Source: a virus
DNA: 64,000 nt
Strand: one strand, 5' to 3'
IMG/VR virus record: IMGVR_UViG_3300028840_003851
Below are positions 41,846 through 51,153 of this stretch, piece after piece. Every line of letters starts with the position of its first letter. Position 1 is the first letter of the stretch. The notes under the pieces were generated by a model. The model was not told where the DNA came from. It did not search any database and saw only the letters and a program-made list of their open reading frames with translations. The position numbers and the translations under genes were made by a program.

Positions 41846-44800
41846 CTCACATCTCTCACGATGTTAAGAACATCTGGTATGAACGTGCACAGTCTACTGT
41901 CTGTACCTATAGCATCCTGCGACCTTCGCGCTGTAACCGTTCTATCGGCCTCATGAACTATAGCGATAAGGTCTAGCGGATTGTCTATGTCTGTAGCTCC
42001 TCTGTCCAAGAATATCTTCTGCACGTTACTACTGCTAAGCGTGTCCTCCGGGTACAGCTTGGTGATGTAATCCTCAAGCTCTGGCTGCACAACATCTACC
42101 TTAGAGCCCCCAGTGTACGTCACGTCCATCCGCACAAAGTAGGGAGACAGATATCGAGCAAGGGGGCTTGAGCACACTACTCTCTCTATGTCTGAGCTGA
42201 TGTAGCTCTGAACACTATCTACTACAGGAGCTCTGTCGTAGCTAACCTGCAGGTTCTGCCCGGTAATTTGGATGGCATTAGATGGGTCATCATCTACACC
42301 GTCCGGGAGTATTGTTCTAGACACAATTATCTTTACGGTCTCTACACCCGAGAACGATAGGTTGCTATCCTCCGTTGTCAGGTACCACCCTTCAGACCTG
42401 TACCCCTCAGCACTCATCTGCACGTCTGCTGCTAGATTCCAGATATCCCCTGTCCCCTCCGACACAAGCTCTACGTCAAAGTAGTAGAGCCCTGCCTCAG
42501 CCTCGTTGTCACCCATGTCCGTTGTAGTGATTCTCTGAGCTCCTGGTCTGAGAATCTGGTAGCTCTGCCGGGGGTAGCTAGGACCTGGGTAGTTAGCTGT
42601 AAAGTTGGCATCGATGGGTATCGGAGCGTCTGCTTGGAGCGTAGTCGTGGCCGTGGAAAGTATTCTGTACGTACCGTAGCTTGGTGACCTGTTGCTCCTT
42701 TGGACGCTGTTACCTGTAGGGTTCGGTCCTGCAGTGTGAAACGACAATGGAGGAGCTGTACCAGCTATATCCCCTAGTATTAGCTCGTTGGCTGTCCCCG
42801 TCTCACTTATCGTTATCAGCATGTCTGCTTCAAACTCTAGAGTGTCCGTCCCTGTAAGAGAGCACACATCATCGCCGAACGAGGCGTTAATCTGCGACAC
42901 AATCCCTTCTCTACTCACATCCGTAGGAGCCAGAGCTGGGTCATCACGGACAAACGTAACAGTCTTCCAAGGACCGTTGTCTACAGAGTACGTTAAGGTT
43001 GTACCGGAGGCGTTAGCCACCGGCACCCCTGACGGCATCACAACGGTACCAGCTAAAGGCCAGTACAGCAGCAACAGGTCGTCCCCGGCATGTACTCTAG
43101 ACAGATTGAAGTCCTGAGACAGGGATGTCAGCGTAGGCGAGCCTGTCGTTGTCTCCCCGTCCCTCACAGGGACATCACCAGGTAATGGTGGTATTAGCTG
43201 TGTGCTTAGCGATGGGTCAGGAAGGTACCTTACATCCCCGTACGCTGTTGACGCCGTGAAGTACGTGTCGGAGTCTACCTCTATTGTAGTGGGCTCTAAA
43301 AAGTACATCCTTGCAGAGCCTATAGAGCGCGCCCCTATCTGAACATGCACGTTGAGCTCAGGGGACAGAGCCGTAGCATTGCTCAAGGTCGGAGTGTCCT
43401 CCGCTAGAATAAGCGCTTTAGATGGGTCTGCCGTCCCTAACGGTGACGTCCAGTCAACTACGTAAGGAATAGGGTAGAACCCCACCTGATTACCGTCTAG
43501 AACCTGTATTACATCTAGACCTGTAGCCAGGTCCACATCTGGGTCTAAGCTGTCCCACCCTGCAGAGGCGTTAGAAGACCGTATGTCACATGAGGTCCTA
43601 ACGTCGGTATCCCCGAACACGGCGGTCATCGCTGTACCCCCAGTAATGGCCACTCTTCCGCCATTACCGAACGGCCTGATGCCGAAGTGGGTGCTGTCTA
43701 GCTCCACCGCTACAGGACCGCTAGAGAACGGTAACAGCATCGTGTTCAACGTGTTAACTACCGAAGCTATATCTGCCTCTCCTGAGAACGTAACAACAAC
43801 AGTAGAAAAGTAAAAATTGTAGACGAACAGCGTACCCACGAGCGGGAACGTGATGCTTCCAGATACCAGCCCGAGAGACACGTCTACCCAATCATGCTTC
43901 ACGCCCCTAGCCGGGTTTTGAAAGGAGCGTGATTGAATGTCTACAGGCTTAGCGTACGGTACTGTAGTTCCTTGCGGCTGATTACCACTATCTAGCAGCT
44001 CTACTGATGTAACCCTGACTAGAGGCAGGTCGATGCTTCCTGCAACATTAGGGGTATAGACGGTGTATGACACACCTGTCTCTGTGAACGTCATCTCCGC
44101 ATCTAGCTCTAAAGACGTGAACCCAGGAGCTATAGGGTCTGCGGTGAGCGTGTACTCCCCCGCATCCTGCCCCTCTAGAATCTGCACAACGTCTCCCTCT
44201 GCCACGCCTAGAGCGTCGAAGTCTGTACCTGAAGATGTTGTGACGTAGACGGAGCCTTGTATCTTGCTCAGGTCGTTTCCCGATACCTTGGTATGCCTCG
44301 GGCCTGTGAGCTCTATTGTAAGCTCGTCAACCAGCCTCCACCTGGAAGGACCGCTGGTAGGGTTCGGAAGGTCAGGTGTCAGATATAGAACAGGGGACAG
44401 CCCAACCGTCTGCGTTACGCTCAGAACTCTGTAGCTGCCCGCGTTTGTACCTGTCTCTATCTGAAGTGTGTATCCTCTAGCTCCCGCCTCCTCTATGGCT
44501 GTGTACACAGAGTCCCCCTCGAAGTAGGTCGCATTCAACACTATATCTGTTAGCGTTACCTGGTTAGGGGCGACCTCTGCTGCCGACAAACCACTGACGG
44601 CTGGCTCGTCGTCTATTACCTCTGTGAGGACTAGCGACGTGCTCTCCAGCTCTGTAGCCCTGAGGTATACATCGTACGTGCCTCCTATATGTATCTCGTC
44701 GGGCTCTATAGTTACGGTACCGTATGGGCTGTCTGGGTATAGAATCCCACCAGGTATGCCAGACAACGTGAGCTCCTTGCGCCTTATCGCCCATGCACAC

Positions 44801-45918
44801 GGACCTGTAGCAGAGTAGAACATCTCCTGCTCTGTCACATCTATCTCAGTGGGGGACACGATGGACTCTACCTCAAAGTCACGGCCGGTTGTAAACGAGC
44901 CGGATGCCCCGAAGATTGTAATGTAAAGCCCTGATACCGGTCCGGCTGAGGCTACCGTTGTTAGGTCTACATCCGTTGTGTAGAACCTCCTAGTTCGGTT
45001 AGCCCCCTCTCCATCTGATACCGGTCTACCCGTCGTACCGGAGGCTATGATGTCCCCAAAGCTACCTCCAGTTACGATATCTCGCTGCATCTCAGGGTCG
45101 TTGAACCCTACAACGTTAAGTCGTTGTACCTCAGGATACGAGCGAGTAATCTTGGCGGCGATTCCCCTCAGAGACACCAGAGAACGTTCGGTGAGCTCAG
45201 ATTGGGCTCTGTACACGTAGTCTGTCGCTGTCTCCTCCTTAAGACCGTCCTGGAACCTCCGTAGGTTCGTTACACCGACGGCTGAGGGGGTGTTGGCTAC
45301 GGACACCAAGGACCTCGGCCCTATGTTGTACGCTGAGCCTGGATTCTCTGCTATTAGGTTGACGTCGAAGTAGTACAGCCCGTCATCGTCAACGTTGAGA
45401 ATCATCTCCTCAGCTCGGATGGACTGAGATTCTATGGGGAAGAAGTGCAGCCCGCCCTTGCTAGTGAAAAACTTCTCTGGCGTCATGCTGACAACCTGGG
45501 GCTGGTCAAACAGGATGCGCCCAACACCTTTGGCGTACTCCCCTGTCTCCCTTGTAGAGAAGAGGTTGGCCCCGAGTGCCTCCGCCTCCTCTGTAGTGAG
45601 TGCCCCTGGGTACTTAAACGACTGAGACCCTTGGATGCGCACGCTCTCTCTGACGATAGGGTCCCACAGCAGAGTAACGGGCTTGATGAGAAGGTCGGTC
45701 AACGCCCCTCCCTCATCAAAGGCTACGTCTGGATACGCCTGCTTCAGCCTGGCCTGCACGAAGGTGGCCATGTCTACCGTGAAAGGGTCGGTCCCTAAGC
45801 GGCGCAGAACACGCTGCACAATCTTAGTGTCGAACGGAGAGCCCTCACTGACATCCAAGCTCGGGTCCCACTCACGTGCTATCTGGCGAAGGAACGCCTC
45901 TAGGTCTCTGACTGCCAT
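41842..45918 (-). CDS. Baseplate J-like (T4 gp6-like) protein, extended
   Basis: VDLIAENPGSAYNI-type segment (VNLIAENPGSAYNIG), VTN...DGLKEETATDYVYR...SLVSLRGI. Confidence 0.85.
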   Translation of the reverse strand: MAVRDLEAFLRQIAREWDPSLDVSEGSPFDTKIVQRVLRRLGTDPFTVDMATFVQARLKQAYPDVAFDEGGALTDLLIKPVTLLWDPIVRESVRIQGSQSFKYPGALTTEEAEALGANLFSTRETGEYAKGVGRILFDQPQVVSMTPEKFFTSKGGLHFFPIESQSIRAEEMILNVDDDGLYYFDVNLIAENPGSAYNIGPRSLVSVANTPSAVGVTNLRRFQDGLKEETATDYVYRAQSELTERSLVSLRGIAAKITRSYPEVQRLNVVGFNDPEMQRDIVTGGSFGDIIASGTTGRPVSDGEGANRTRRFYTTDVDLTTVASAGPVSGLYITIFGASGSFTTGRDFEVESIVSPTEIDVTEQEMFYSATGPCAWAIRRKELTLSGIPGGILYPDSPYGTVTIEPDEIHIGGTYDVYLRATELESTSLVLTEVIDDEPAVSGLSAAEVAPNQVTLTDIVLNATYFEGDSVYTAIEEAGARGYTLQIETGTNAGSYRVLSVTQTVGLSPVLYLTPDLPNPTSGPSRWRLVDELTIELTGPRHTKVSGNDLSKIQGSVYVTTSSGTDFDALGVAEGDVVQILEGQDAGEYTLTADPIAPGFTSLELDAEMTFTETGVSYTVYTPNVAGSIDLPLVRVTSVELLDSGNQPQGTTVPYAKPVDIQSRSFQNPARGVKHDWVDVSLGLVSGSITFPLVGTLFVYNFYFSTVVVTFSGEADIASVVNTLNTMLLPFSSGPVAVELDSTHFGIRPFGNGGRVAITGGTAMTAVFGDTDVRTSCDIRSSNASAGWDSLDPDVDLATGLDVIQVLDGNQVGFYPIPYVVDWTSPLGTADPSKALILAEDTPTLSNATALSPELNVHVQIGARSIGSARMYFLEPTTIEVDSDTYFTASTAYGDVRYLPDPSLSTQLIPPLPGDVPVRDGETTTGSPTLTSLSQDFNLSRVHAGDDLLLLYWPLAGTVVMPSGVPVANASGTTLTYSVDNGPWKTVTFVRDDPALAPTDVSREGIVSQINASFGDDVCSLTGTDTLEFEADMLITISETGTANELILGDIAGTAPPLSFHTAGPNPTGNSVQRSNRSPSYGTYRILSTATTTLQADAPIPIDANFTANYPGPSYPRQSYQILRPGAQRITTTDMGDNEAEAGLYYFDVELVSEGTGDIWNLAADVQMSAEGYRSEGWYLTTEDSNLSFSGVETVKIIVSRTILPDGVDDDPSNAIQITGQNLQVSYDRAPVVDSVQSYISSDIERVVCSSPLARYLSPYFVRMDVTYTGGSKVDVVQPELEDYITKLYPEDTLSSSNVQKIFLDRGATDIDNPLDLIAIVHEADRTVTARRSQDAIGTDSRLCTFIPDVLNIVRDVS

Positions 45919-46572
45919 CTACACCTCCAGGTTGGCCACAGCAGCGCGGCCAGCCATCGACGTCACCTCTACGTTTACCACCAAGGCGCCAAGCTGCCTG
46001 TTGAAGTTTGCTCCGAGAACCTTTGCGGCCATGAGCCGCTCGTCTCTTGGGATGCCAGGATTCATGCTCTGACGTCTTACAATCTGCCTTGTAGCTGTGT
46101 CTACGGCTACCACGAACCCACTAACAATGTCCCCTCCTTGGTCCGCCCCAAACGTCTGACCTATAGGCTTCAGAGCGCTTGCTCCTTTCCCTTTGTCCAG
46201 CTTGTCAGAGCCCTTCGTGTTGAGGAGCTCCATCAGGAAAATCTGAATGAGCTTAAGCAGACCGGTCACCATCTGAGGAGTGCTGCTTAGCCTGAACGTA
46301 AGCAGACTCTTCTCCGTAACGGCGAGCTTGCGGGAGACTACGGAGACATCCACCAGTCTATCGCTCTCTAGAACCTCAGGGACCTGCGCAAGCAGCCTGG
46401 TGCGGCTCAGCACCATGAAGTTTGGGCTCTCAACGCCGTTCATCTTGACCTCCGCTACAGAGCGAAAGTCTGCCCCGATGATGTCCAACATGGACGGCGG
46501 ACCAGGCACCAACCGTATGCTGTTAAGCTCTATCTCCTCTTGAGGGAAGACAACCTGAAGGTCTATGCTCAC
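45919..46572 (-). CDS. Baseplate gp25-like protein with N-terminal IPT/TIG domain
   Basis: AAGGAGG RBS; LDIIGADF...VSRTRLLAQVP; GLLKLIQIFLMELLNTKGSD...RDERL. Confidence 0.75.
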   Translation of the reverse strand: MSIDLQVVFPQEEIELNSIRLVPGPPSMLDIIGADFRSVAEVKMNGVESPNFMVLSRTRLLAQVPEVLESDRLVDVSVVSRKLAVTEKSLLTFRLSSTPQMVTGLLKLIQIFLMELLNTKGSDKLDKGKGASALKPIGQTFGADQGGDIVSGFVVAVDTATRQIVRRQSMNPGIPRDERLMAAKVLGANFNRQLGALVVNVEVTSMAGRAAVANLEV

Positions 46573-46590
46573 ATCTCCTCCTTGCCACTA

Positions 46591-46599
46591 ACCATAGCA
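46591..46599 (-). promoter_or_regulatory. Extended -10 element for the baseplate operon (leadered)
   Basis: TGC-TATGGT, then AAGGAGG SD and GTG. Confidence 0.55.
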
Positions 46600-46613
46600 T
46601 CTTACCAAAAGCC

Positions 46614-46680
46614 AAAAAGAAATAGGCCCGCCGAGGGAGACAAGCGGGCCTAGGATGAGAAAGGAGGTGTGTGCTCCTTT
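46614..46680 (-). terminator. Tandem hairpins, second one with U-tract
   Basis: AAAGGAG/CTCCTTT (46660-80) and TAGGCCCGC/GCGGGCCTA (46623-52) followed by TTTCTTTTT on the minus strand. Confidence 0.7.
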
Positions 46681-46719
46681 AGAATTAGAAGAACATAACG
46701 AGCAGGTCAAGTCTTTTCT

Positions 46720-46953
46720 CTACCGTCTTCTTCCGGTCTCGTACTGTCTACGTACTATGTTCAGGTCCGTGACAAACGCCTTAGCCTCAGCGAGTGACTG
46801 TCTAAGCTCCTTGTTCTCCTCCTCTAGCTCCTTAACCCTCTCCTGACTAAGCTCCAGCATCTCTACCAGAATAGGATGGTAGTTCTCCGCTCTAGGAGCT
46901 ACGTCTCGCATGCGACTAACAGCGTCGTTCAGCCTTTCTGTGATGTCTCCCAT
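46720..46953 (-). CDS. Small coiled-coil protein
   Basis: GAGGG RBS; 77 aa. Confidence 0.7.
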   Translation of the reverse strand: MGDITERLNDAVSRMRDVAPRAENYHPILVEMLELSQERVKELEEENKELRQSLAEAKAFVTDLNIVRRQYETGRRR

Positions 46954-48023
46954 ACTTCCCTCAGCCGGTTAACGACATCGATGTCAAGACTCCCGTCTGG
47001 GGGTAGTCCCTCCTTCTCCTCAAACGCACGTATGGCCGCACTGGTCATCTTCCCTATACGCCCATCCGCCTTACACGGCCCTAGGTCGTAGCCTAGGTCT
47101 ATCAGCATCTCCTGTATGCCCTTAGCGTCGTAGAGCTCTCCTGAAGGTCCCTTCCAGTCCTTTAGGTCCTCGGGCAGGTCTGGGATGTCGATAGAGAACA
47201 ACCTCTCCAGAACAGGACGTATGGCCTTGTACCTGTGTGGGTATATCGCTATTCGCGGACCGAAGGTGAGCTCATTCAGCAGCTCAATTAACCACCCCTC
47301 GCTGAACGTTCGGTACTTGGTTTTCTGCGCAGCCACCGTTAGATGCTTAGCCGCTCTAACTGGGCTGTTAACCGCGAAGCTTAGGTACGCAGCTACGAAC
47401 GCCATGCTCATATCTGTACCTAGCTCAGTAGCAGCTTCTACGGCCTCTCTGGAGTGGTAGAAAGCGTAGTCGTACAGCCTAGGAGCGATAAACTCTACCT
47501 GAGCTCTCTGTGCGCTCTCCTTTCCCCAGAAGGATGCCACTACAGCAGCCCATGTCTTAGCGCGCTCCTCTGATTCAGAGCCCCAGCTTCCCTGCTTCCC
47601 GCTACACCCAAGCATCATCATGCTTTGCTGCTCCTCCGTAGCTACCGGGGACGGAGGCTCCTTAGACCTGTAGTGAATGCGCCACCCTCTCGGTCCCTTC
47701 ACAAAGCTGGCGTCACATAGCTCAAGAGCGGGGGATAGCATACCTGCCAGGCTCTCATCCTTCTCTACGGCGAAACCAAGTGCCTTGCTCGCGGTGAAGT
47801 ACCTCTTCTCTGTCACCTGGATGAGTGTGGTAGAGAGAATCTGCCCGTCGTACATGTTGATGGCGTCGTAGGCCCCGCCCTCAGTGGCTGTAATGACAGC
47901 CAGAATCTTGTCAGACAAGCTCGGCTCATCAGGTACAACGTACCGGTGCCTACCCCTAAAGAAGGGCCCCTCGTACCCGCCATACGCCCCCCAACCAATA
48001 TCCTTAGTCGAAACTAGCATCAC
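46929..48023 (-). CDS. Endolysin-like protein: lysozyme-like N-domain + PG_binding_1
   Basis: TEGGAYDAINMYD..LS...IQ; IQEMLIDLGYDLG...DGRIGKMTSAAIRAFEEKEGLPPDG. Confidence 0.8.
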   Translation of the reverse strand: MMLVSTKDIGWGAYGGYEGPFFRGRHRYVVPDEPSLSDKILAVITATEGGAYDAINMYDGQILSTTLIQVTEKRYFTASKALGFAVEKDESLAGMLSPALELCDASFVKGPRGWRIHYRSKEPPSPVATEEQQSMMMLGCSGKQGSWGSESEERAKTWAAVVASFWGKESAQRAQVEFIAPRLYDYAFYHSREAVEAATELGTDMSMAFVAAYLSFAVNSPVRAAKHLTVAAQKTKYRTFSEGWLIELLNELTFGPRIAIYPHRYKAIRPVLERLFSIDIPDLPEDLKDWKGPSGELYDAKGIQEMLIDLGYDLGPCKADGRIGKMTSAAIRAFEEKEGLPPDGSLDIDVVNRLREVWETSQKG

Positions 48024-48337
48024 GCATCCTTTGGTGTGTTTACGTTCTCTTCGTCACTTACGCTCGGACCAGAGTACTCCTCTACATCCTCTGCTGCCGC
48101 AAGAACATCTTTGTAGATACGCTCTACGCGCTCCTTCTCATTAGGACGCAGAACTGTACCAGAGCCTTCTATCCTCTCAATCTGGTCGTCAAGAGCATCC
48201 TCGAACGTGTACGCAGTAAAGCTGTTAACCGACTCCCTACCTCTCACAAAAGCGTACGCGTTGTTAAGCGCTCTTCTGATGCGTTGACGAACCTCTTGGT
48301 TGTCCTGCTCTTGACTGAGCTCTTCCTCTGTCGGCAT
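48020..48337 (-). CDS. Acidic hypothetical protein
   Basis: 105 aa; leaderless-type start. Confidence 0.75.
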   Translation of the reverse strand: MPTEEELSQEQDNQEVRQRIRRALNNAYAFVRGRESVNSFTAYTFEDALDDQIERIEGSGTVLRPNEKERVERIYKDVLAAAEDVEEYSGPSVSDEENVNTPKDA

Positions 48338-48343
48338 GTAGAG

Positions 48344-48352
48344 AGGGTACCA
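48344..48352 (-). promoter_or_regulatory. Extended -10 element, probable leaderless start
   Basis: TGG-TACCCT-CTCTAC-ATG. Confidence 0.6.
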
Positions 48353-48389
48353 CGCGTAGTACCAGCTGGTTCTATAAAACGACTTTGGT

Positions 48390-48423
48390 AGCTAAAGAAA
48401 AGGCGCCGTACCGTCGGCGCCTT
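48390..48423 (-). terminator. Intrinsic terminator
   Basis: AAGGCGCCG-ACGGTA-CGGCGCC-TTTTCTTTAGCT. Confidence 0.85.
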
Positions 48424-48427
48424 CTCC

Positions 48428-48652
48428 CTATTCGTAGGACAACCCTAGAGGCGGGTCATACCCTGTCTCCCATGCTCTTGCCGCTACAGACCTACCTAGC
48501 ATTGCCTCTGCAGATAGATGCTCCCGCATCTCTGCCCTAAGCGTAGCTGCCAGCTCATCGTACCCTAACTCCCTAAGCTCACGGTCAGAGTCTAGAGGGT
48601 TTACCTTGTACGCCCTACGAAACAGCATCTCTAGCTCCATTCTAATCTTCAT
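48428..48652 (-). CDS. Small hypothetical protein
   Basis: AAGGAG RBS; ATGA overlap; MKIRMELEMLF... Confidence 0.65.
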   Translation of the reverse strand: MKIRMELEMLFRRAYKVNPLDSDRELRELGYDELAATLRAEMREHLSAEAMLGRSVAARAWETGYDPPLGLSYE

Positions 48653-49488
48653 ACACACTCCTTATCTAAAGGGTACAGCGGACTAGCCCTGAACCGTCTA
48701 TTGCTTAGCGGTCGAGGGTCGCCTCCTTGTAGGATGGTTAGGATGTCATCCTCCTGCTCTCCGGCTCCCTCTGAGTTCGGGTAGAACACCTTTGGGTGGT
48801 AGAGCACAACCCCGTGAGAGTAGTCGTTGTAGTTAGTTATGTGGGCCTTTGCTTCCTTCTCAAACACGTGGATGGGCTTGTTGCTCTTGCCGTAGTACGC
48901 CCCATGTATCCCGCAGTACTTAAAGCCCCAATCGGCAAGCCACGGGTGGGTGATTAAGCCCTTCTTGTGACCTGTCACTGGCTTACCAATCTCGTAGCCT
49001 TCCTTCTCCATGTCATCCAGAAACCACTTAGTGTGGATGGGCCAGCGCTCCGTGCTCATCATGGAGGCGTTACGCGGGAACCTTGGAGGGGCCATCGCCC
49101 TGAAGCTCAGCTTCTGCGGGAAGTAGGCTCTGCGGGCATCCTCCATCTCAGGGGTACCTAGAATGAGCCCCCACTCGTTGGCTATGCGCTGAGCTGTACG
49201 AGGGGACATAGGAGTATGAACGAAGTCATCATCAGAGCCGAGACACAGGAAGTCTGGGAGGCTGTAGATGACCATAGGACGCCCATCAGGGCGCTGCAGC
49301 TCCAAGGGGTACAGGGTCCTCATGAAGCTCGGGATGTTCCCCCTCAGATACTCCTCCGTCAGAAACCTCTCCCGCACTATCCCAAAGCTCACTCCCTGGG
49401 CTAGCAAGTAGGTAACCATCTGGGAGGCTGCACGAGCCTCCGTCGGGCGTTCAGGCACTGTCGTGAGCTTCATACACGGGTGGGTCAT
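48649..49488 (-). CDS. Conserved hypothetical protein of apparent bacterial type
   Basis: PDFLCLGSDDDFVHTPMSPRTAQRIA, GHKK, YNDYSHGVVL motifs. Confidence 0.8.
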   Translation of the reverse strand: MTHPCMKLTTVPERPTEARAASQMVTYLLAQGVSFGIVRERFLTEEYLRGNIPSFMRTLYPLELQRPDGRPMVIYSLPDFLCLGSDDDFVHTPMSPRTAQRIANEWGLILGTPEMEDARRAYFPQKLSFRAMAPPRFPRNASMMSTERWPIHTKWFLDDMEKEGYEIGKPVTGHKKGLITHPWLADWGFKYCGIHGAYYGKSNKPIHVFEKEAKAHITNYNDYSHGVVLYHPKVFYPNSEGAGEQEDDILTILQGGDPRPLSNRRFRASPLYPLDKECV

Positions 49489-49738
49489 CGTTCCTCTCCT
49501 CCTTCAGCTTGCAATCTACCTTCTTGCTCGTTCCTAGCTCGCGACTCGATATCTCTCGGGCCTCATACCAGGACTCCGCGTCTACTGTTACCGTACTGTC
49601 CGGCTCGTCGCATATCCACCCTATCCAGGGCTTAAGCTTGCGCGCTGGACCTTCCTTCTTAAGCTCCTCGAGACTCTCCTTCCTCCGTTGCTGCTCCTCT
49701 GGTGTTGGCTTTTGCCACCGCTCATCGCACACACGCAC
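49451..49738 (-). CDS. Hypothetical protein
   Basis: AGGAGG RBS; 95 aa. Confidence 0.65.
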   Translation of the reverse strand: MRVCDERWQKPTPEEQQRRKESLEELKKEGPARKLKPWIGWICDEPDSTVTVDAESWYEAREISSRELGTSKKVDCKLKEERNDDPPVYEAHDSA

Positions 49739-49772
49739 ACCTCCTAGCTAGGCGTGGACCAAACGCCTTGTC

Positions 49773-49802
49773 CTAGAAAAACGGACGAGATTCTAGGATA
49801 AG
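49773..49802 (+). promoter_or_regulatory. ATAAG-type promoter motif for plus-strand island
   Basis: CTAGAAAAACG-N4-AGATT-N5-ATAAG; aligns with the 27608 and 28428 copies. Confidence 0.4.
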
Positions 49803-49827
49803 CGATGTGGAAGGAGGTCTGCAAACC

Positions 49828-50289
49828 ATGTCGACCTGTTCGTGTATAGCTGAGACCGCCTGCGACATCGTCGCAAGCGGAGACACCTGGGATGACTTCT
49901 ACGAGGAAGAGCGGGAGCTCTCGAAGGACAGGAGGTGCTGCGAGTGCGGCGAGACCCTGAGGAAGGGGTCAATGGCCTTCTACACCAGGGGGTGGATGTG
50001 GGACAGGGACGAGGAAGGAGAGGAGCTGGAGGGAGAGGAGGACCCGGACACGGTATCTGAGGATTGGACGTGCAAGGGGTGCCACGCCATCCGAAAGGAC
50101 CTGTACGGCGGCTGCATAATACTCGGCGAGCTTCGGGAGATGCTCAGCGAGTGCTTGGGCTTTGACTACGTTACCGGTGAGTACGACGAGGAGGATGAGC
50201 CATCAGATGCGGAGAGGGCACGGTACATCAAGGAGAGTGAGGAGAGGCAGAGGAGACTTGAGGAGCTGAGGTACGCAAAGACCTGCTAG
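49828..50289 (+). CDS. Acidic zinc-binding phage protein
   Basis: AAGGAGG RBS; RRCCECGETL...WTCKGC. Confidence 0.8.
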   Translation: MSTCSCIAETACDIVASGDTWDDFYEEERELSKDRRCCECGETLRKGSMAFYTRGWMWDRDEEGEELEGEEDPDTVSEDWTCKGCHAIRKDLYGGCIILGELREMLSECLGFDYVTGEYDEEDEPSDAERARYIKESEERQRRLEELRYAKTC

Positions 50290-50297
50290 GAGGTAAC

Positions 50298-50606
50298 ATG
50301 AGCATAGCGATGCATGGGTACAAGGGCACTCGGGAGTCACTAGAGCTGGTACACATGGATGACTACCCATCCTGGTCCACCAGCAACGCTGCCAGGCTGC
50401 TGGTACACCTGGGATACACCGGAGATATCTGGAGAGCTCCGGTGTTCTCTGTGGAGGAGCTGCGCGAGGGGATAGAGAATGCCCTAGTGAGGGTAACATC
50501 GTTCCCTTATGTCAAAGGGGGATACCTAGACAGGAGGTTCAAGGAGATGCGTGAGCACCTCAAGATGCTGGAGTCTGCGGGCGCGCGCTACGTGAGCTTC
50601 GCGTAG
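50298..50606 (+). CDS. Hypothetical protein
   Basis: AGGAGGT RBS; 102 aa. Confidence 0.8.
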   Translation: MSIAMHGYKGTRESLELVHMDDYPSWSTSNAARLLVHLGYTGDIWRAPVFSVEELREGIENALVRVTSFPYVKGGYLDRRFKEMREHLKMLESAGARYVSFA

Positions 50607-50612
50607 CAGTGT

Positions 50613-50643
50613 AGGGGAGCGCACGAGCTCCCCTTTTTTAGCT
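50613..50643 (+). terminator. Intrinsic terminator at convergent junction
   Basis: AGGGGAGC-GCACGA-GCTCCCC-TTTTTTAGCT. Confidence 0.85.
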
Positions 50644-50645
50644 CC

Positions 50646-51128
50646 CTAAGCTCCGGCTGCTAGCTGCGCCTGCCTAGCTGCGCGAAGCTTGGCTGCCCTC
50701 TGGGCCATCTGCGACTCAGCCGCCTGCATCGTGGATGACCCAGCCTGCGACACCGTCTGCTTTGGTATCATGGCAATCCGGTTCATGGCGGTTAGAGCTC
50801 CGGTGGTGTCCCCTCCGGCTCCCCGCAGACCCATGGCAAGCATTGCTGTCGGGTCCCTTATCTCCCCGCCCGTGGCTGCCTCCGCTGCTCTCCTAAAGCT
50901 GGGGTCCTCCATCAGCTTCTTGGCGCGGGTCATGTGCGAAGGAAGGGCGGGAGCCCCTGACGCCAACCTTTGACCCGCCCTTGTTGGGGGCAGAACCCTG
51001 CCTATTGTCTTTGGTTTGGCTACCGATGCGACGCCCCTCGTTAAGAACTTCGGAATAGGCAGGCTCTTGGCCACCTTAGACATGTAGTCGTGTAGCGACC
51101 TGACTAGCTGTAGGGTCTCACCGTCCAT
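50646..51128 (-). CDS. Basic Ala/Arg-rich protein with K-x-A leader (probable internal virion protein)
   Basis: LHDYMSKVA followed by a low-complexity basic sequence. Confidence 0.7.
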   Translation of the reverse strand: MDGETLQLVRSLHDYMSKVAKSLPIPKFLTRGVASVAKPKTIGRVLPPTRAGQRLASGAPALPSHMTRAKKLMEDPSFRRAAEAATGGEIRDPTAMLAMGLRGAGGDTTGALTAMNRIAMIPKQTVSQAGSSTMQAAESQMAQRAAKLRAARQAQLAAGA

Positions 51129-51134
51129 GGCTCT

Positions 51135-51143
51135 ACTTTACCA
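51135..51143 (-). promoter_or_regulatory. Extended -10 element, probable leaderless start
   Basis: TGG-TAAAGT-AGAGCC-ATG. Confidence 0.6.
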
Positions 51144-51153
51144 AAAGGAGCGT

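Noticed and set aside
12477-45918. Diversity-generating retroelement or invertible fibre cassette
   Set aside because: No reverse transcriptase or invertase, and no near-identical TR/VR nucleotide pair noticed; fibre repeats are similar only at protein level.
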